From Melioribacteraceae bacterium (lineage in GTDB: Bacteria > Bacteroidota > Ignavibacteria > Ignavibacteriales > Melioribacteraceae): 51,167 nucleotides of DNA. Under the pieces are notes generated by a model. That model searched no databases. It was not told where the DNA came from and was given only the letters and a program-made list of their open reading frames with translations. Below are positions 48,642 through 51,167 of the stretch, piece after piece; within the stretch, counting starts at the first letter, position 1, and each line of letters opens with the position of its first letter. Location: the NCBI GenBank assembly GCA_027013735.1, contig JALWGH010000076.1, positions 1 through 51,167 on the forward strand, in the 5' to 3' direction. A program made the position numbers and the translations under genes.

Positions 48642-50834
48642 TTATTTTTTGTCTTCGTCTTTTTTCTTTTCTTCTTTTTCCGCTTGTTTATATTCTTCGG
48701 GAATGTGCCCGAGTTTTAATTCTTCAACGAGCCGCTTTGCAGCGTAGATGTCACCAACGGTTTCAAGTATTCCTTGGGAAGCCACTGCAACCGTGCGGTT
48801 TGCTTCGTCGGTGTAAATGTAAAATCCAGGGAGGCTTTCAATGTTTCCGTCGAACGCCACGCCAACTATTTCAGCGTTTTTGTTAATTACGGGGCTACCG
48901 GAGTTGCCCCCGATAATATCGCAAGTTGAGATAAAGTTAAGCGGGGTTTTCAAGTCCAAATGTCCCGGCGGATTTAACCATTCTTTCGGCAAGTCCCAAG
49001 GGAATTTTTTCAAGTGGGAGTAATAGCGGTCGTAAACGCCGTAGAAGGTTGTAAACACGGGCGCAACCGTTCCGTTGTATTTGTAAGGCTTCATTACGCC
49101 GTCGCTGATGCGCAATGTAAAAGTAGCGTCCGGCGGAATTGACGTGCCGTAAACGGCGTAGATTGCTTTGCCGAGCTCGTCGCTTAAAGCTTGTTCCTTC
49201 TCTTCCAACTTCGCCATTTTCTTCATATACTCGGCAAGTTTTGGTGCGGTTGCAAGAGTAAATTTAACAAACGGATCGTCGGAAGTTAATATTCCCTTCT
49301 TGAACAAAGCTTTCGCATCTTCCTTTGTTTTAATCTTACTGTTGTTTAATGCGTAATCAACGGCTTCCTTGCCTTCGTAACCGCCGAAAAGAATTTTGTA
49401 ATATTCATTGTCCTTGCCGAGGTTAAGCTTTAAGTAATCGGCGTACAACCGAAGCGCTTCTTTCTCGTAAGGCAAGAATATTTCGCGCTTGTAAATATTG
49501 TCCAATTTTTTGTTCAAGGTGGAATCGGGAATTTCCTTCGCTTTTGCCGTTTGCGCAAGGAGAACCAGCTTCTTGGCAATCGTCAAATAAGTAGGGGATA
49601 AGCCTCTTCTTGAGGTAACCGATTGAGTAAAGTAAGCGTATTTCCTTTTTTCCCGCTGAACCTTTTCTATTGCGTCCCAAAGATATCCGTACTTTGCGTT
49701 TAACTTCGGATTGTTTTGAACGGCAGCTTTAAACTTTCTTTCAAAATCTTTTTTCCGCGCCCACAAATATTGGTTGCGCAAACCTTTTAACTCTCCGGTA
49801 ATTGCCTTTTCGGAATTAGCCAGCATAAAGAACATATCGGAATATTTTTTCTTTTCAGGGAAACGCTTCATCATATCGGCGTAAATCTTTTTAATTCCCT
49901 GCAAGGCAAACGCTTGGTTACGCAGTGTAACGTCCCGCATAAACGCCAATTGGGAAATTGTCTTTAACCTGCTTGTCCTTGCCGGATTACCGACAACGAA
50001 AATCGGCTCTCCCGGTTGCGGACCGTTTTTGCTCCATTTAAAATAATGGTCTGTGTGGAGTGGTTTGCCGTCTTCGTCGTAAACGCGGACGAACGAAAAA
50101 TCGGGATTGTAACGCGGGTAGGTGAAATTGTCCGGATCGCCGCCGTAAAGCCCCATTCTGCTTTCTCCCACAAAAACCATACGCACGTCGCCGTATCTTT
50201 TGTAGCCGTAAAGGGAATAACGCCCGCCGCTGTAAAGCGGAACAATCTTACAAACCAGTCCGGTGTCCTCGGCGTAACTCGATTGCAGTTCTTCGATTTT
50301 CTTTTCGCGAAGTTTTCTTTTTTCTTCCAAAGTTTTACCGTCTTTTTCGGCGGCAAGGACTTCGTCCGTTACGTCTTTGATTAAAACGAGCTGGTCAACA
50401 AAGACGCCAGGAATTTTTCTTTCGTCCTTTAACGTTTTGGCGTAGAATCCGTTCTTCTTAATGTCCTCGCCTTTTTTCTGAATGCTTTTTGTAATGAAAT
50501 CAACGCAATGGTGATTTGTCATTACGAGTCCATCAGCAGAAACGAAGGAAGCCGAGCACCAACTTGCAAATTTCAATGCGGACATCCGCACATCGTCAAG
50601 CCATTCTTGGGAAGGGCGGAAATGGTAAGTGGAATCAAAGTAATCCACAGGCGGGTAATCGAAAGTCCACATTTTTCCGGTGTCGAATTTGCGGGCTTTA
50701 ACCGTATCGTAATTTATCCAACTTTGATCGGATGCGGTTTTAACCGTGTTATTCGATACCGAGCAAGCTCCCGCAACGAGCAGCAAAGAGAGCAGAAGCG
50801 TTGCCTTCTTCAAATTGTAAAACACATTTCGCAT
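48642..50834 (-). CDS. S46-family dipeptidyl-peptidase (DPP7/DPP11-like)
   Basis: Signal peptide; GLVMTNHHC (His region) and IGGNSGSPVINKNAEIVGVAFDGN (Ser region); about 730 aa, typical for S46. Confidence 0.85.
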   Translation of the reverse strand: MRNVFYNLKKATLLLSLLLVAGACSVSNNTVKTASDQSWINYDTVKARKFDTGKMWTFDYPPVDYFDSTYHFRPSQEWLDDVRMSALKFASWCSASFVSADGLVMTNHHCVDFITKSIQKKGEDIKKNGFYAKTLKDERKIPGVFVDQLVLIKDVTDEVLAAEKDGKTLEEKRKLREKKIEELQSSYAEDTGLVCKIVPLYSGGRYSLYGYKRYGDVRMVFVGESRMGLYGGDPDNFTYPRYNPDFSFVRVYDEDGKPLHTDHYFKWSKNGPQPGEPIFVVGNPARTSRLKTISQLAFMRDVTLRNQAFALQGIKKIYADMMKRFPEKKKYSDMFFMLANSEKAITGELKGLRNQYLWARKKDFERKFKAAVQNNPKLNAKYGYLWDAIEKVQREKRKYAYFTQSVTSRRGLSPTYLTIAKKLVLLAQTAKAKEIPDSTLNKKLDNIYKREIFLPYEKEALRLYADYLKLNLGKDNEYYKILFGGYEGKEAVDYALNNSKIKTKEDAKALFKKGILTSDDPFVKFTLATAPKLAEYMKKMAKLEEKEQALSDELGKAIYAVYGTSIPPDATFTLRISDGVMKPYKYNGTVAPVFTTFYGVYDRYYSHLKKFPWDLPKEWLNPPGHLDLKTPLNFISTCDIIGGNSGSPVINKNAEIVGVAFDGNIESLPGFYIYTDEANRTVAVASQGILETVGDIYAAKRLVEELKLGHIPEEYKQAEKEEKKKDEDKK

Positions 50835-51037
50835 TGTTTAACCTCGTAAATAATTTTCTGAAAAATTTCTCAAAAATTACTGCTTTCGTGATTCAAATAA
50901 AAAATCAAAGCAAATTTTGTTTTTAGACGGACTTAGGTTTAATTAGTTTCCTTAACAAAAAGAATCATTTTGTTGGATGTCGGATGTAAATTCGATATTT
51001 TAAAAATCGTTGATTCTTACAATAACAATTGGAAACA

Positions 51038-51167
51038 ATGGCAAAGAAAGTTATTCTGAAAAAAGGAAAAGAAAAATCTTTAATGCGGAAGCATCTGTGG
51101 GTATTTAGCGGTGCCGTTAAATTTGCCGACGTGCAAATACAACCCGGCGAAACCGTTGATATTATTG
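51038..51167 (+). CDS. Probable RlmI-like SAM-dependent rRNA methyltransferase, N-terminal fragment (runs off the window)
   Basis: MAKKVILKKGKEKSLMRKHLWVFSGAV... matches the N-terminal PUA-like lead-in of RlmI-type enzymes. Only 43 codons are visible. Confidence 0.5.
   Translation, partial: MAKKVILKKGKEKSLMRKHLWVFSGAVKFADVQIQPGETVDII

Overview
This 51.2 kb window looks like ordinary chromosome from a moderate-GC (roughly 40%) bacterium that uses Shine-Dalgarno sites. By gene content it probably belongs to the FCB superphylum, Ignavibacteriota/Bacteroidota-like: an S46 peptidase, DUF4252 partners of an ECF sigma factor, a long NagB-LmbE fusion, and a FlgD-Ig/T9SS-like C-terminal domain. TGA is a normal stop codon.

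Most of the window is housekeeping: ppa, xth, xdhAB-like, clpB, metF, ddl, rarA, leuS, serS, serC, cobO, nagB and tRNA-Lys(CTT).

Four things stand out:
1. A REP/RAYT locus lies next to tRNA-Lys. Nine GTAGGG-type palindromic units each sit behind a conserved linker. Three of them lie in frame, with an exact 54-nt period, inside the Y1 HUH transposase-like gene. That gene also has a TGA at a conserved Trp position.
2. A second, unrelated family of modular intergenic repeats occurs at five loci. It is built from 7-9-nt 'word' repeats and is never inside a gene. It explains several spurious ORFs.
3. A roughly 1,820-aa secreted protein carries seven lamin-tail-domain repeats and lies directly downstream of xdhAB.
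4. Several unusual fusions or contexts are present: an APC permease fused to EIIA-like and TrkA_C domains, DUF1015 with serC, and a Schlafen/AlbA_2 ATPase-like gene.

I saw no CRISPR array, cas genes, rRNA, prophage or recognisable defence operon. All family assignments come from motif recognition by eye and need database confirmation.
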